Assembly: GCA_964346665.1 (NCBI GenBank)
Contig: CAYFVC010000067.1
Span: 987 to 64,986 of the forward strand
Direction: 5' to 3'
DNA length: 64,000 nt
From: an uncultured archaeon
Lineage (GTDB): Archaea > Aenigmatarchaeota > Aenigmatarchaeia > QMZP01 > QMZT01
Shown: positions 37,563 to 46,622 of the stretch, in pieces
Layout of the letters: the number at the start of each line of letters is the position of its first letter
Position numbering within the stretch: position 1 is the first letter of the stretch
The notes under the pieces: model-generated
The model's database searches: none
What the model was told of the DNA's origin: nothing
What the model saw: the letters and a program-made list of their open reading frames with translations, nothing else
Program-made: the position numbers and the translations under genes

Positions 37563-40400
37563 ATGAAGTTGAAATTCCTGTTGCTCATTCTTGCAGTTCT
37601 GATTGTTTTGCCGTTTTTTGTTTTTGGCCAAGGCGAACAAGCAATAACTGATGAATTGGGTATAATGGGTGTTCACAAGACTGAGGCAGAAAATATCATA
37701 AAAAGTCTAGAGGACGCAGAAGAAATAAAGATAAGGGTTTACATAAGCAAAGATAACTTTGATGATGAACAATCATTTAGGAACTTTTCTCGGTCAAAAT
37801 ATCGGGATTACGAATTGGATTTAAAAGGAACTCCACTTTATAACATTCTTATTTTTTACGCCCATGTTTACGAGGGTAATCTAAAAAAACCGTACCTGGG
37901 TTACGTATATTCTGAGAGATGTGGAGCTATGAATGATATGGTAAAGGAACTTAGAGTGGGTTATTTAAGTCAAGAGCAAGAGCTTTCAGGAGATGAACTT
38001 CTGGGAATAGTAAAAGAAGTTTCTGACGGTATAAAAAGGATAGTTTTCACTCATAGTTATGACTGCATAATCAACATTTGCGAATATGAAATTAGATATA
38101 ATGAAGCCGATTGTGAAGAGTTTGACCCCTCAAGGCCAGAAGATGTATACACATGTATAAGATGGAATAATGAAATAGGATGTTATTACGCTAAGGGGAT
38201 CGATGAGGAATTAAAATCCCAGGTTTCGCGAGAGGAAGACATGGAGATATTGGAGGACAAAACTGTTTACCTCATAGATGACAATAACTGGAAAGATATC
38301 CTAAGTCTCTATCCTTTGACAACATATCATTACGTAAGCAAGGATATCGTAAAAATCACGGAAATAGAGGAGATGAAAGCAAGAAAAAATAGCATCAGAT
38401 ACAGCCCAACCCTTTTATACCATAGGGAGGGGGATAATTTGGATCTGGATTCGACCCTCATATTCCTCAAGCAGTTCAGACCAAGCGAAGTTGTCATAGT
38501 CCATAACGACATTCCAAAGAAACTCAATCTCGCTCTGGAAAAATACGAATTAAAACACCTCTCCGTGGAAGATTACCATGAACTGTGGAATAAAAAAGGC
38601 TACGAATACATCGTTGTTTCGGAAAATGACTACAAGACAGGACTGCTGGCTTCTGTTTTTGCTTCCTATCTTAATGCCCCACTGGTGTTCGAAAATTCTA
38701 AAGAATTCGATGAATACGACTTCGAGGACAAAAAAGTTTACTATGTTCACCCTCATTCCAAGAACAGCGAAACCTATTCCTCCATATTAGAAAAAACATC
38801 AGCCGATAATATCACATCCTATGATATTCCTACGCTGCAGAAGATATACGTTGAATACACGAACACGGACAAAATAATACTTGTCAACCCAAACGATATA
38901 AAGGATGAATACTGCGAGCATTTTGAGTACAAAACAGAATTCGGAAAGATTAAAGACAATTACTGCAGGGATTCCCTGGTTTCCCCCCTACTTGCAACTT
39001 TAAAGAATGAGCTTATCGTTTTCACGGATGTTGAACCTCTGGAAAAGGGGGTTGAAATAGGAAGGGAATCGAAAAGGTTTGGAAATTGCACTTCATACGT
39101 AATGGACAGATACTCAAATCCCGAAAAGCAGGAGTTTGAGAACGAGATTGAAACCAAATCAGCAACAGTTAAACAGGATATTCAAGAGGCAATAGAAAAC
39201 ACATGCTGCCCTTATGTTGAGATCAATTACCTCACGATAATTTCAAGCCCAAAAATGATACCATTAAGCGGTTTTTGGAGCTGTTTTTATAATCTGGGTG
39301 AATTCAGATCAAGCCTTGATTTAAAATACTCTCCTGAAAGCGCAAACGGCTGGATTTTCGGAATATCCATTTCCGACACTTCAAGTTACATGAATAGGGA
39401 TGCGAGCTTTTATAAACACGGTTTATCCTATTTACCTAGTCAATCTGATGTGAGAATGTTTCAGAAAATAGGCCTGATAGCATACGATTTACCGGATGAA
39501 CAAAAGTACGTACCTGATCTGGCGAATCAGCTTGATGTTCAAGGCTACAATGTATCTTGTTTTGTTGGCAATGAATCAATCGCCATAAACAACTGTAAGG
39601 AGGGAAGGGCAAGAGGCTCGTTCCTCGGCGAAAACGATATAATACTTTATGATGATCACGGGCGCACGTATTCCTGGAAAGGTATAGATTCGGATGAAAT
39701 ACCTGAACTTCATTCTCCCATAGCGATAGCTGCCGCCTGTTTTACCATGGACTACTACAAATCAGAAAGAGATGAACTCTTCGGTTCCAACTTCATTAGG
39801 ATGGGAGGTCTGGGTTATTATGGAGGCGTCTCGTTTATGATTGCTAGTGATATGGGGAAAGAACTGATTTATAATATTTTTGAAGGATACGATCTAGGAA
39901 ACACCCTTAAGGCGGCCCGAAGAAAAATACAAGATGCTGGAGACAGGTATATACTTCTCGGAGACCCGACGATCAAACCAGCCTTAATCGGCGAAGTGAA
40001 AATCGCAGAAATGAAGGAAGAGGCCGAACGCAAAGGTTATAAGTGCATTGCAGTGGCCGGAAGGAAGAAATGTTACAGAACAGATTTTTTCAAAATTAAA
40101 TGTGGTGAGGACGATTTTGGCGACCCCGAGATTAAATGCATAGATTTGTCCAAAAAATATTCTATAAAGCGCGAGTTCGGTGGTGATTATTATGTTGTAT
40201 TTGGAAAAAACAGATTCCAAAAATCAGATGAAAGATCAATAACCTGCGGAGATTTCTACTACGAGGGACCCTTCTTGGCAACTCCGGACGGAGATGCATG
40301 GTTGGGTGAAGTTACTTGCAAGGTAGAAGAAAACATGTGCCTTGATGAACCGAAAATAGTGAATATAGGAGGAACGCTTAAAAAGAAACTGGTAACATGA
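37563..40400 (+). CDS. Large secreted protein with putative clan CD (gingipain/clostripain-like) cysteine peptidase His-Cys dyad
   Basis: It has a signal peptide. About 33 residues separate YDDHGRT from AIAAACF, which is the His-Gly...Ala-Cys spacing of C25/C11/C13 peptidases. The protein is Cys-rich. Confidence 0.4.
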   Translation: MKLKFLLLILAVLIVLPFFVFGQGEQAITDELGIMGVHKTEAENIIKSLEDAEEIKIRVYISKDNFDDEQSFRNFSRSKYRDYELDLKGTPLYNILIFYAHVYEGNLKKPYLGYVYSERCGAMNDMVKELRVGYLSQEQELSGDELLGIVKEVSDGIKRIVFTHSYDCIINICEYEIRYNEADCEEFDPSRPEDVYTCIRWNNEIGCYYAKGIDEELKSQVSREEDMEILEDKTVYLIDDNNWKDILSLYPLTTYHYVSKDIVKITEIEEMKARKNSIRYSPTLLYHREGDNLDLDSTLIFLKQFRPSEVVIVHNDIPKKLNLALEKYELKHLSVEDYHELWNKKGYEYIVVSENDYKTGLLASVFASYLNAPLVFENSKEFDEYDFEDKKVYYVHPHSKNSETYSSILEKTSADNITSYDIPTLQKIYVEYTNTDKIILVNPNDIKDEYCEHFEYKTEFGKIKDNYCRDSLVSPLLATLKNELIVFTDVEPLEKGVEIGRESKRFGNCTSYVMDRYSNPEKQEFENEIETKSATVKQDIQEAIENTCCPYVEINYLTIISSPKMIPLSGFWSCFYNLGEFRSSLDLKYSPESANGWIFGISISDTSSYMNRDASFYKHGLSYLPSQSDVRMFQKIGLIAYDLPDEQKYVPDLANQLDVQGYNVSCFVGNESIAINNCKEGRARGSFLGENDIILYDDHGRTYSWKGIDSDEIPELHSPIAIAAACFTMDYYKSERDELFGSNFIRMGGLGYYGGVSFMIASDMGKELIYNIFEGYDLGNTLKAARRKIQDAGDRYILLGDPTIKPALIGEVKIAEMKEEAERKGYKCIAVAGRKKCYRTDFFKIKCGEDDFGDPEIKCIDLSKKYSIKREFGGDYYVVFGKNRFQKSDERSITCGDFYYEGPFLATPDGDAWLGEVTCKVEENMCLDEPKIVNIGGTLKKKLVT

Positions 40401-41266
40401 AACGAAGTCTAACGCTCTTGGGTTTCGCAGTTTTCCTTTTGTTAGCTTTGCCTGTCTATTCACTCGAGATAGTGAACTTCGAGGATACAGAAGGCAAAAC
40501 CTTTTACCCTGAGGATTTCGTTGATCTCGGGACGGTTTTGATCAACGATGAGAATAACACACTCAACCTTTTCGTTGAGCAGTATGTTTTAAGGCCCGGA
40601 ATAGACCCTATGCCGTTGTATGAAGAATTTACCATAAAACCTGATGGCGACGTTATGATTTCTGATATGAGTTTCATAGTCTCTGAATATCTATTCCCTG
40701 GAAAATACACGCATATGGTAAGGGTTCGCAAATCAGGGGAAATCGTGGCGGAGAAAACAACTAAATTCTACGTGACTGGAACGAAGGAGAAGTTGAGCGA
40801 TTTCGAAATACTAATTTGCGCGGATCATGGATGCAAGGACCTGAGACCGGTTTTAATTCTTGGGGAAACAGCATACATACGGGTGGAATGTCTAGAAAAC
40901 CCTGAAATTTCAGGCTATGTTGTCCACGATGGCGATACCACGACCCTGAGTTTCGATGAAGGGCTCGCGAGTTTCAAAGCAGTTTCGGAGGGAACATACA
41001 TAGCGAATGTGATATTCTCGAAAGACGGCTTCTTCACAGAGAATATCGAGAGAGACATAACATTCGTAAAGGAGGGGCCAAAAGTAATCTATTATTTCTG
41101 TAGCGATGTGAAGGACGGGGTCTGCGAGGATTGCCCTGATGGGGATGATCCTGACTGCGGGAAAATAACCTTTGGTTACGAATACGCGATTGTCTTGGTA
41201 GTCATTCTCGTTATCTTTTTCCTGATAGGCTTGTTTTTCTTTAGAAAGAGCGCTATGAGGGTTTAA
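40397..41266 (+). CDS. Surface protein with signal peptide and C-terminal TM anchor
   Basis: It has an N-terminal signal and a C-terminal hydrophobic helix (IVLVVILVIFFLIGLFFF) followed by a basic tail. It overlaps the upstream gene by 4 nt. Confidence 0.45.
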   Translation: MKRSLTLLGFAVFLLLALPVYSLEIVNFEDTEGKTFYPEDFVDLGTVLINDENNTLNLFVEQYVLRPGIDPMPLYEEFTIKPDGDVMISDMSFIVSEYLFPGKYTHMVRVRKSGEIVAEKTTKFYVTGTKEKLSDFEILICADHGCKDLRPVLILGETAYIRVECLENPEISGYVVHDGDTTTLSFDEGLASFKAVSEGTYIANVIFSKDGFFTENIERDITFVKEGPKVIYYFCSDVKDGVCEDCPDGDDPDCGKITFGYEYAIVLVVILVIFFLIGLFFFRKSAMRV

Positions 41267-41297
41267 TATATATTCCACTCGGGGTAAATTAAATTAT

Positions 41298-42719
41298 ATG
41301 AAATGGCTTTTTCCTTTCGTGATCACGTTTCTGTTGCTTGTTCCTCTGGGAAGTTCACTGGAAGGCGGAACGATCCTCTCGGTTGAGCCCGGGACAGGGT
41401 ATAAGTGTGTGTACGTAAGCCTCCCCCAGGATCTCGGTATGAGCTATGTTGACAGAACTTTGGAAACGGTCATAGAGGTGGACAAAGGGGAAAGCCCATG
41501 GACGGACACGACGTACAGCAAGGTCGTTATGGAGCCTGGGGTTTTGAACAAGAACCCTGTTTGCTTCTACTATTCGGAAAAGGAAGAGGGGGATTTTTCT
41601 TTTTACAGTATAAGCCTGTCCTCGCGTGATATCGGAGTTTCGAGTTCGATTTCAGGAGGGTTGTGCGTTTCTGGTTACGAGGATGTTGATACAGGGGTGG
41701 ATATGGAGAACGAAACGGATATATGTAAACTTCTGAACGAGAACGCTGACATAATAGACCTCAGCTTCAAGGAGGAGGTTACGCAGGCGAAGCCAGGGGA
41801 AATCGTTACCAAAACGTTATACATAACCTCTTATGCGAACCTCAGGATACGGCTTTCCATCGCAACGAACCTTCAGAACGATTTCGGAGAGCCGGTTGTG
41901 ACGACTTCTCCTTCAAACCCGACCGCTATGAAAACGTTCAAGGTTAAGGCTCCCGAAAGGGAGGGGGAATTCGAGATGATAGTGAACGCGCAGGCCGAGG
42001 GTTGCGAAATACAGGCGTGCAAAAAACAAAAGAAGGGAACGATATCAGTCACAACAAAAGAAAAGGAAGGTTTCACGGCTTCGGTTATACCGGAAAACAT
42101 AAACCTGAAAGAGGCAGGGGAAACCATCTTTAGGGTGGTCATTTCGAATTACGATGAATCACAGGATTTCCTCATAGAGGCGAGTTCAAGTCCTTCGATG
42201 AATATAGAGCCTGAATCAAAAACCGTTAACTTAGGCGAAAACGAGGAGAAGACAACCGTTTTCAAGGCATTCCCAGGAGAGGAGGATTTGTACAAGATAG
42301 AATTCAAGATAACTTCCGAAAAATCCGAGAAGTTACTGACTTCTCATATCTCGATAGGCGAGCTTCTTACCGATGCGTTCAGGTATTCGGAAGCAAGCGA
42401 AAAGGTTTCGACCCCTGACATAAGGGAAGAGATAAGGAACGCTAGGATCGAATACGAAGAGAAGTACAAAACAACCTCGTACGGCGAGGATGTGAATGAG
42501 TATGAGAATTTCATAGACACGATTGACGAGCTGAAGAAGACTTCTGAGAGCGGAGGGAACGGGAAAGACGAAAAAGAGCCTAAAGAGGAGGGGTTCAACT
42601 GGCTGTTTCTTGTGATACCCGTTATTGTGATAGTAGTTATTATCCTTCTTTTTATTGCTTATAAGAGGTCGAAGGTTGCGAGTTCAGGATACCAAGGTTA
42701 CGAATATTCTAGGATTTAA
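41298..42719 (+). CDS. Surface protein with signal peptide and C-terminal TM anchor
   Basis: It has an N-terminal signal and a C-terminal TM (WLFLVIPVIVIVVIILLFIAY) plus a KRSK tail. The acidic ectodomain is 473 aa. Confidence 0.45.
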   Translation: MKWLFPFVITFLLLVPLGSSLEGGTILSVEPGTGYKCVYVSLPQDLGMSYVDRTLETVIEVDKGESPWTDTTYSKVVMEPGVLNKNPVCFYYSEKEEGDFSFYSISLSSRDIGVSSSISGGLCVSGYEDVDTGVDMENETDICKLLNENADIIDLSFKEEVTQAKPGEIVTKTLYITSYANLRIRLSIATNLQNDFGEPVVTTSPSNPTAMKTFKVKAPEREGEFEMIVNAQAEGCEIQACKKQKKGTISVTTKEKEGFTASVIPENINLKEAGETIFRVVISNYDESQDFLIEASSSPSMNIEPESKTVNLGENEEKTTVFKAFPGEEDLYKIEFKITSEKSEKLLTSHISIGELLTDAFRYSEASEKVSTPDIREEIRNARIEYEEKYKTTSYGEDVNEYENFIDTIDELKKTSESGGNGKDEKEPKEEGFNWLFLVIPVIVIVVIILLFIAYKRSKVASSGYQGYEYSRI

Positions 42720-42775
42720 CAAATATTTAAATATAAATATGAAATTAATAGAAATTCAGAGACCGGGAGGTAAGT

Positions 42776-43072
42776 ATGAAAGCAGTGTTTTTCATCCCTG
42801 CGGAAAATTTTTCCAAAGTTAAAAACACCGTCTATGAGGACGATTTGGTGTCAAGGCAGACAATCAATTTCAGGGAAGCGCGGGCGCTAGGTTTCGAAAA
42901 GGACGGGTATTACCTCGAAATAGACGGCTCCGGCGAAGCTGTGAAGAAGACGAAAGAATTAATCGGGGACATGGGAAAGGAAGTTGATAAGAAGGAGAAA
43001 GAAGAGATTCTGAAAAAGATTTCAGAACAAGAGGAATCAGCTGCGCAGGGATTTGGCACAATTTTCGGATGA
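42776..43072 (+). CDS. Hypothetical protein
   Basis: The 98-aa ORF has an acidic C-terminus and no recognised motif. Confidence 0.3.
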   Translation: MKAVFFIPAENFSKVKNTVYEDDLVSRQTINFREARALGFEKDGYYLEIDGSGEAVKKTKELIGDMGKEVDKKEKEEILKKISEQEESAAQGFGTIFG

Positions 43073-43147
43073 CAACTTAGAATGAAAGTAAAGGTCATCA
43101 GCAGATATCTGTTGGCATAGACGAAGTCTATGTCTTTCGAAAGGTAT

Positions 43148-43385
43148 GCGTCGGTAGTCTAGTCTGGTGCTCGCCCCGCGAGAAGCGAATGGGCACTAGG
43201 ACACAGGCTTGCCAAATCGAAACCTCCAGCGGGTTTCGATGCATCCAGCAACCATAATGCAAAAAGCCTGTAACCCGGGTTCAAATCACATTTACGGGCT
43301 GGTAAAATACGTGAACATTTTTCGGCCAGCCGACTTTTGAGGAAGCCGGCTGCTCCCGTAAAAGGTGGCTATCCCGGCCGACGCA
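43148..43385 (+). tRNA. tRNA-Gly(GCC) interrupted by three introns (D-loop ~29 nt, canonical 37/38 ~50 nt, T-loop ~86 nt)
   Basis: The exons assemble a 73-nt cloverleaf. The acceptor gcgtcgg pairs with ccgacgc, and the discriminator is a. The D-stem is gtct/ggac, with the D-loop split by a 29-nt insert. The anticodon arm is caggc-ttGCCa[50 nt]a-gcctg. The T-stem ccggg/cccgg flanks ttcaaat plus an 86-nt insert. Each insert contains its own perfect hairpin. Confidence 0.65.
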
Positions 43386-43426
43386 TACAAATTAATTATT
43401 TATTATTGAAACGCGAAATAATAAAC

Positions 43427-43927
43427 ATGAAACTTTTCAAAAAGAAATCCGAGGAAATCAAGGAACTACAACCGGAAAAACTACCAAAACTAACAGAAGA
43501 GGAAAAGGAATTCGAACCTCCGGCCAAACTACCTGAAATAAAGAAAGTCCAACCACCTCCACCAAGGCCAGCGGTTTCTAGATCACCACCGATTTTCATA
43601 AAGGTTGACAAGTACAGTGATATCATAAAAAACATTCGGGATCTCAAATCACACATTCTCAACCTAAGGGATGCTCTCGATGTTCTCGATGATATGCAGA
43701 AAGAGATTATGAACGGGATAGACCTTGCACACAAAACCCTTGATGAGCTGAACATGATAATATCGAATCTGGATTCCTTTTTCATGAGACCTCAGGGAAT
43801 CGAACATCACATGGAAGAGGAAATACCAGAACCCGGAAGGATGAGTCCTGATGAGGTCGAGGGCTACATGACAGATGTCCAAACCCAGCTCCAGAAGTTG
43901 CGGTCTCAACTTAAGGCTATACAATAA
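43427..43927 (+). CDS. Hypothetical coiled-coil protein with Pro-rich linker
   Basis: The start is at MKLFKKK (43427). The tool ORF starts inside the tRNA gene and is considered over-extended. It has a PPPPRP linker followed by a coiled-coil C-terminal half. Confidence 0.4.
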   Translation: MKLFKKKSEEIKELQPEKLPKLTEEEKEFEPPAKLPEIKKVQPPPPRPAVSRSPPIFIKVDKYSDIIKNIRDLKSHILNLRDALDVLDDMQKEIMNGIDLAHKTLDELNMIISNLDSFFMRPQGIEHHMEEEIPEPGRMSPDEVEGYMTDVQTQLQKLRSQLKAIQ

Positions 43928-43962
43928 ATATAATAACCTTGTTTTTCATATATTTCTAATAT

Positions 43963-44194
43963 GCGGGGGTAGCCAAGAAACCCTTTTGCGCAAGTAAACG
44001 CACAAAAGCGTTTACGGAAAATACGCTGACGCAGGGGTTTGGCACTGGTCAAAGGCGATAGGCTCAAGACCTATTCACTTAGTGTGTTCCTGGGTTCGAA
44101 CACCGCTTTTTCAATAAAAGCGGTGGAGCAAAATGGAGCCAACGTCGCTCACATTGTTCGCTCCTGGCTTCCATCGGAATTCCCAGCCCCCGCA
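43963..44194 (+). tRNA. tRNA-Leu(CAA) with two non-canonical introns (D-loop ~65 nt, T-loop ~80 nt)
   Basis: The acceptor gcggggg pairs with cccccgc, and the discriminator is a. The D-stem gcc...ggc is separated by an over-long insert. The anticodon arm atagg-ctCAAga-cctat is intact. A 15-nt variable arm fits a class II Leu tRNA. The T-stem ctggg/cccag encloses ttcgaa plus an 80-nt insert that forms its own hairpins. Confidence 0.65.
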
Positions 44195-44235
44195 TGGCCA
44201 AAAAATTTTTAAATATAACATGTATAGGATAAATC

Positions 44236-44505
44236 ATGGCTGAGGAAAAGAAGCCTGAGGAAAAGAAACTTGTGGGGAAGATAACGCATTATTTCACAAA
44301 TATAGGAGTCGCTGTAATAGAACTGGAAGACACCCTTAAGACAGGAGATGAAATCTCGATAGAGGGAGCGACTACGAACTTCACGCAGAAGATCGAGTCG
44401 ATGCAGATCGAACACAAGAACGTGGATGAAGCGAAAAAAGGGGACTCGATAGGATTGAAGGTCGTAGACAGGGTAAGGGAAGGAGATCAGGTTTTCAAGG
44501 TCTAA
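44236..44505 (+). CDS. Small standalone beta-barrel protein (translation-factor domain-2-like), hypothetical
   Basis: The 89-aa ORF has a Gly-punctuated pattern (GKITHYF...GDEISIEG...GDSIGLKV...GDQV) resembling an EF-Tu domain 2 type barrel. Confidence 0.35.
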   Translation: MAEEKKPEEKKLVGKITHYFTNIGVAVIELEDTLKTGDEISIEGATTNFTQKIESMQIEHKNVDEAKKGDSIGLKVVDRVREGDQVFKV

Positions 44506-44558
44506 AAGCGAGCGAAACGTTGAAAGTATTTAAACTTTCCCTATTTTTAATAGTTAAT

Positions 44559-46622
44559 ATGCCTTACACCCTGATAATAGCTGAAAAACCGAGTGCTTCC
44601 CAGAGGATAGCTTATGCGTTAACAGATGAAAAAGTAGAAAAGGTAGGGAAGCAAGCTTATTATTTCAAGTTCAAACATTCCGGTAAGGATTTCATCGTAG
44701 TTCCTGCTGTCGGGCATTTATTCGTTCTCGACCAGAAAGAGGCGAACACGAAATGGACGTATCCTGTTTTCGATCTCCAGTGGAAACCCACATTCGAAAA
44801 CAAGAACAACCTGTGGGCGAAGAAGTATTACAAAAACATAGCAAAGCTCGCGAAGAACGCGGATGAATTCGTATCAGCGTGCGACTACGATATCGAAGGT
44901 TCGACAATAGCTTACAACATACTCAGGTTTATTTGTAACGTTAACGATGGGAAGAGGATGAAGTTTTCAACCCTTACAAAAAACGATATTCTGGATTCTT
45001 ACGCCAACGCTTCTCCGCGTCTCGATTTCCCGCAGATAGAGGCGGGGTTGACAAGGCATACCCTCGATTTCTTGTGGGGCATTAATCTTTCTCGCGCTCT
45101 CACACTCGCCCTCGAGAAAGCGAAAGGCTACTGGACTTTATCTATTGGAAGGGTCCAGGGCCCGACATTGAAAATCCTTGCGGAAAGGGAGAAGGAGATA
45201 GGGAGGTTCGTTCCGGAGCTTTTCTGGATACTTGAAATTCACGGGTTGGTAAACGGGGAGGAGATAACAGCAACGCATGAAACAGACAAGTTCTGGGAGA
45301 AGGAGCAAGCTGAAGGCATCCTTGGTAAGTGCAAAGGCAAGGAAGCTAAAGTGGATTCTGTGGAAAAGCGAATGGTCGAGCAACATCAGCCCTTCCCCTT
45401 CGATCTCACCACCCTGCAAAGAGAAGCGTTCCGAAACTTCGGTTATTCCCCGAAAATGACGCTGGATATCGCCCAGTCCCTATATGAGCAAGCCCTTATT
45501 TCGTACCCGAGAACCTCGAGCCAAAAGCTCCCCCAAAAACTCGGTCTGAAAAACATAATAGAAAAACTGTCAAAACAGAGAACTTACTCAAACCTCTGCG
45601 AAAAATTACTGGAAAAGGGGAAATTCTTTCCCAAGGAAGGGAAGAAGGACGACCCAGCACACCCGAGCATTTTCCCCACAGGTCAGCTCCCGAAGAAACT
45701 AAACCCCTACCAATCGAAAGTCTACGATTTAATCGTAAGGAGATTCCTTTCGACATTCGCGAACCCCGCAGTTAGGGAGCACATAATATCGGTAATAGAT
45801 GTGAACGGCGAAAAGTTCAAGGCTTTCGGGATGAGAACGGTCAAACCGGAATGGATGGAGTTTTACGGGAAATATGCGAAATTCAAGGAGCAGATTCTTC
45901 CCGAAATGAAGAAAGGGGATTCCATCGAAAACCCGGAAGTTCGAATGGACGAGAAGGAGACCTCCCCTCCAAACCGCTATTCACAGGCATCAGTTCTCAA
46001 GGTGATGGAGGAGAAAAACCTCGGAACGAAGGCTACTCGAGCGCAAATCCTCCACACGCTTTATGAAAGAGAATACATAAGAGACAAATCAATAAGGGTC
46101 ACTAGCCTGGGATCAGCGGTTATCGAAGCTCTCGAAAAACATTGCCCTGATATAATATCAGAGGAACTCACGAGGAATTTCGAGAAGGAAATGGAGATAA
46201 TACAGGAGGGGGAGAAAAAGAGAGAGGAGATAATAGAGGATGCTAAGAAAGAGCTCGAAAAAATCCTCCAGAAATTCAAGGAGCACGAAATGCACATAGG
46301 TTCCGAATTGAAGGAGGGTGTCAAAGAATTCCAGGAGATTTCACACTACATTGGAGTCTGTCCGAAATGTAAGGGTGAATTGAGAATACTCCATTCACAC
46401 ACGACACACAAACGTTTCGTTGGTTGCTCGAACTACCCGAAATGCAAGCACGGCTACCCGCTTCCGCAGAAAGGGAAGATAACGGTCCTGGACGAGAAAT
46501 GCGAGAAGTGCGGACTGAACATAATCCAGGTCAAGCAGTTCAAACGAAGACCCTGGAAGTTGTGCGTGCAGTGCGGGTTCGTGGTTAAGAAGAAGAAAAA
46601 GGAAGAAACTAAAAAATCCTGA
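44559..46622 (+). CDS. topA: DNA topoisomerase I (type IA) with C-terminal zinc ribbons
   Basis: It has a Toprim start (MPYTLIIAEKPS) and the active-site Tyr region (ISYPRTSS). There are C-terminal C4 zinc ribbons (CPKCKG...C..C and CEKCG...CVQCG). The start is at the internal Met. Confidence 0.85.
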   Translation: MPYTLIIAEKPSASQRIAYALTDEKVEKVGKQAYYFKFKHSGKDFIVVPAVGHLFVLDQKEANTKWTYPVFDLQWKPTFENKNNLWAKKYYKNIAKLAKNADEFVSACDYDIEGSTIAYNILRFICNVNDGKRMKFSTLTKNDILDSYANASPRLDFPQIEAGLTRHTLDFLWGINLSRALTLALEKAKGYWTLSIGRVQGPTLKILAEREKEIGRFVPELFWILEIHGLVNGEEITATHETDKFWEKEQAEGILGKCKGKEAKVDSVEKRMVEQHQPFPFDLTTLQREAFRNFGYSPKMTLDIAQSLYEQALISYPRTSSQKLPQKLGLKNIIEKLSKQRTYSNLCEKLLEKGKFFPKEGKKDDPAHPSIFPTGQLPKKLNPYQSKVYDLIVRRFLSTFANPAVREHIISVIDVNGEKFKAFGMRTVKPEWMEFYGKYAKFKEQILPEMKKGDSIENPEVRMDEKETSPPNRYSQASVLKVMEEKNLGTKATRAQILHTLYEREYIRDKSIRVTSLGSAVIEALEKHCPDIISEELTRNFEKEMEIIQEGEKKREEIIEDAKKELEKILQKFKEHEMHIGSELKEGVKEFQEISHYIGVCPKCKGELRILHSHTTHKRFVGCSNYPKCKHGYPLPQKGKITVLDEKCEKCGLNIIQVKQFKRRPWKLCVQCGFVVKKKKKEETKKS

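Noticed and set aside
43080-43400. A GC-rich structured ~300-nt region initially considered as SRP (7S) RNA. The end-to-end helix gcgtcgg/ccgacgc and a GGAAG-containing hairpin prompted the idea.
   Set aside because: The terminal helix, the anticodon stem-loop with GCC and the T-arm fit a tRNA cloverleaf precisely once three inserts are removed. The helix-8 consensus of SRP RNA (GGAAGG.AGCAGC) is not matched. I therefore call it a multi-intron tRNA-Gly.
43337-43426. The tool ORF for the coiled-coil protein starts at 43337, inside the tRNA-Gly 3' exon.
   Set aside because: The N-terminal 30 codons overlap the tRNA and encode a Pro/Gly/Arg-rich string. The ATG at 43427 (MKLFKKK) follows an A-rich leader, so the start was moved there.
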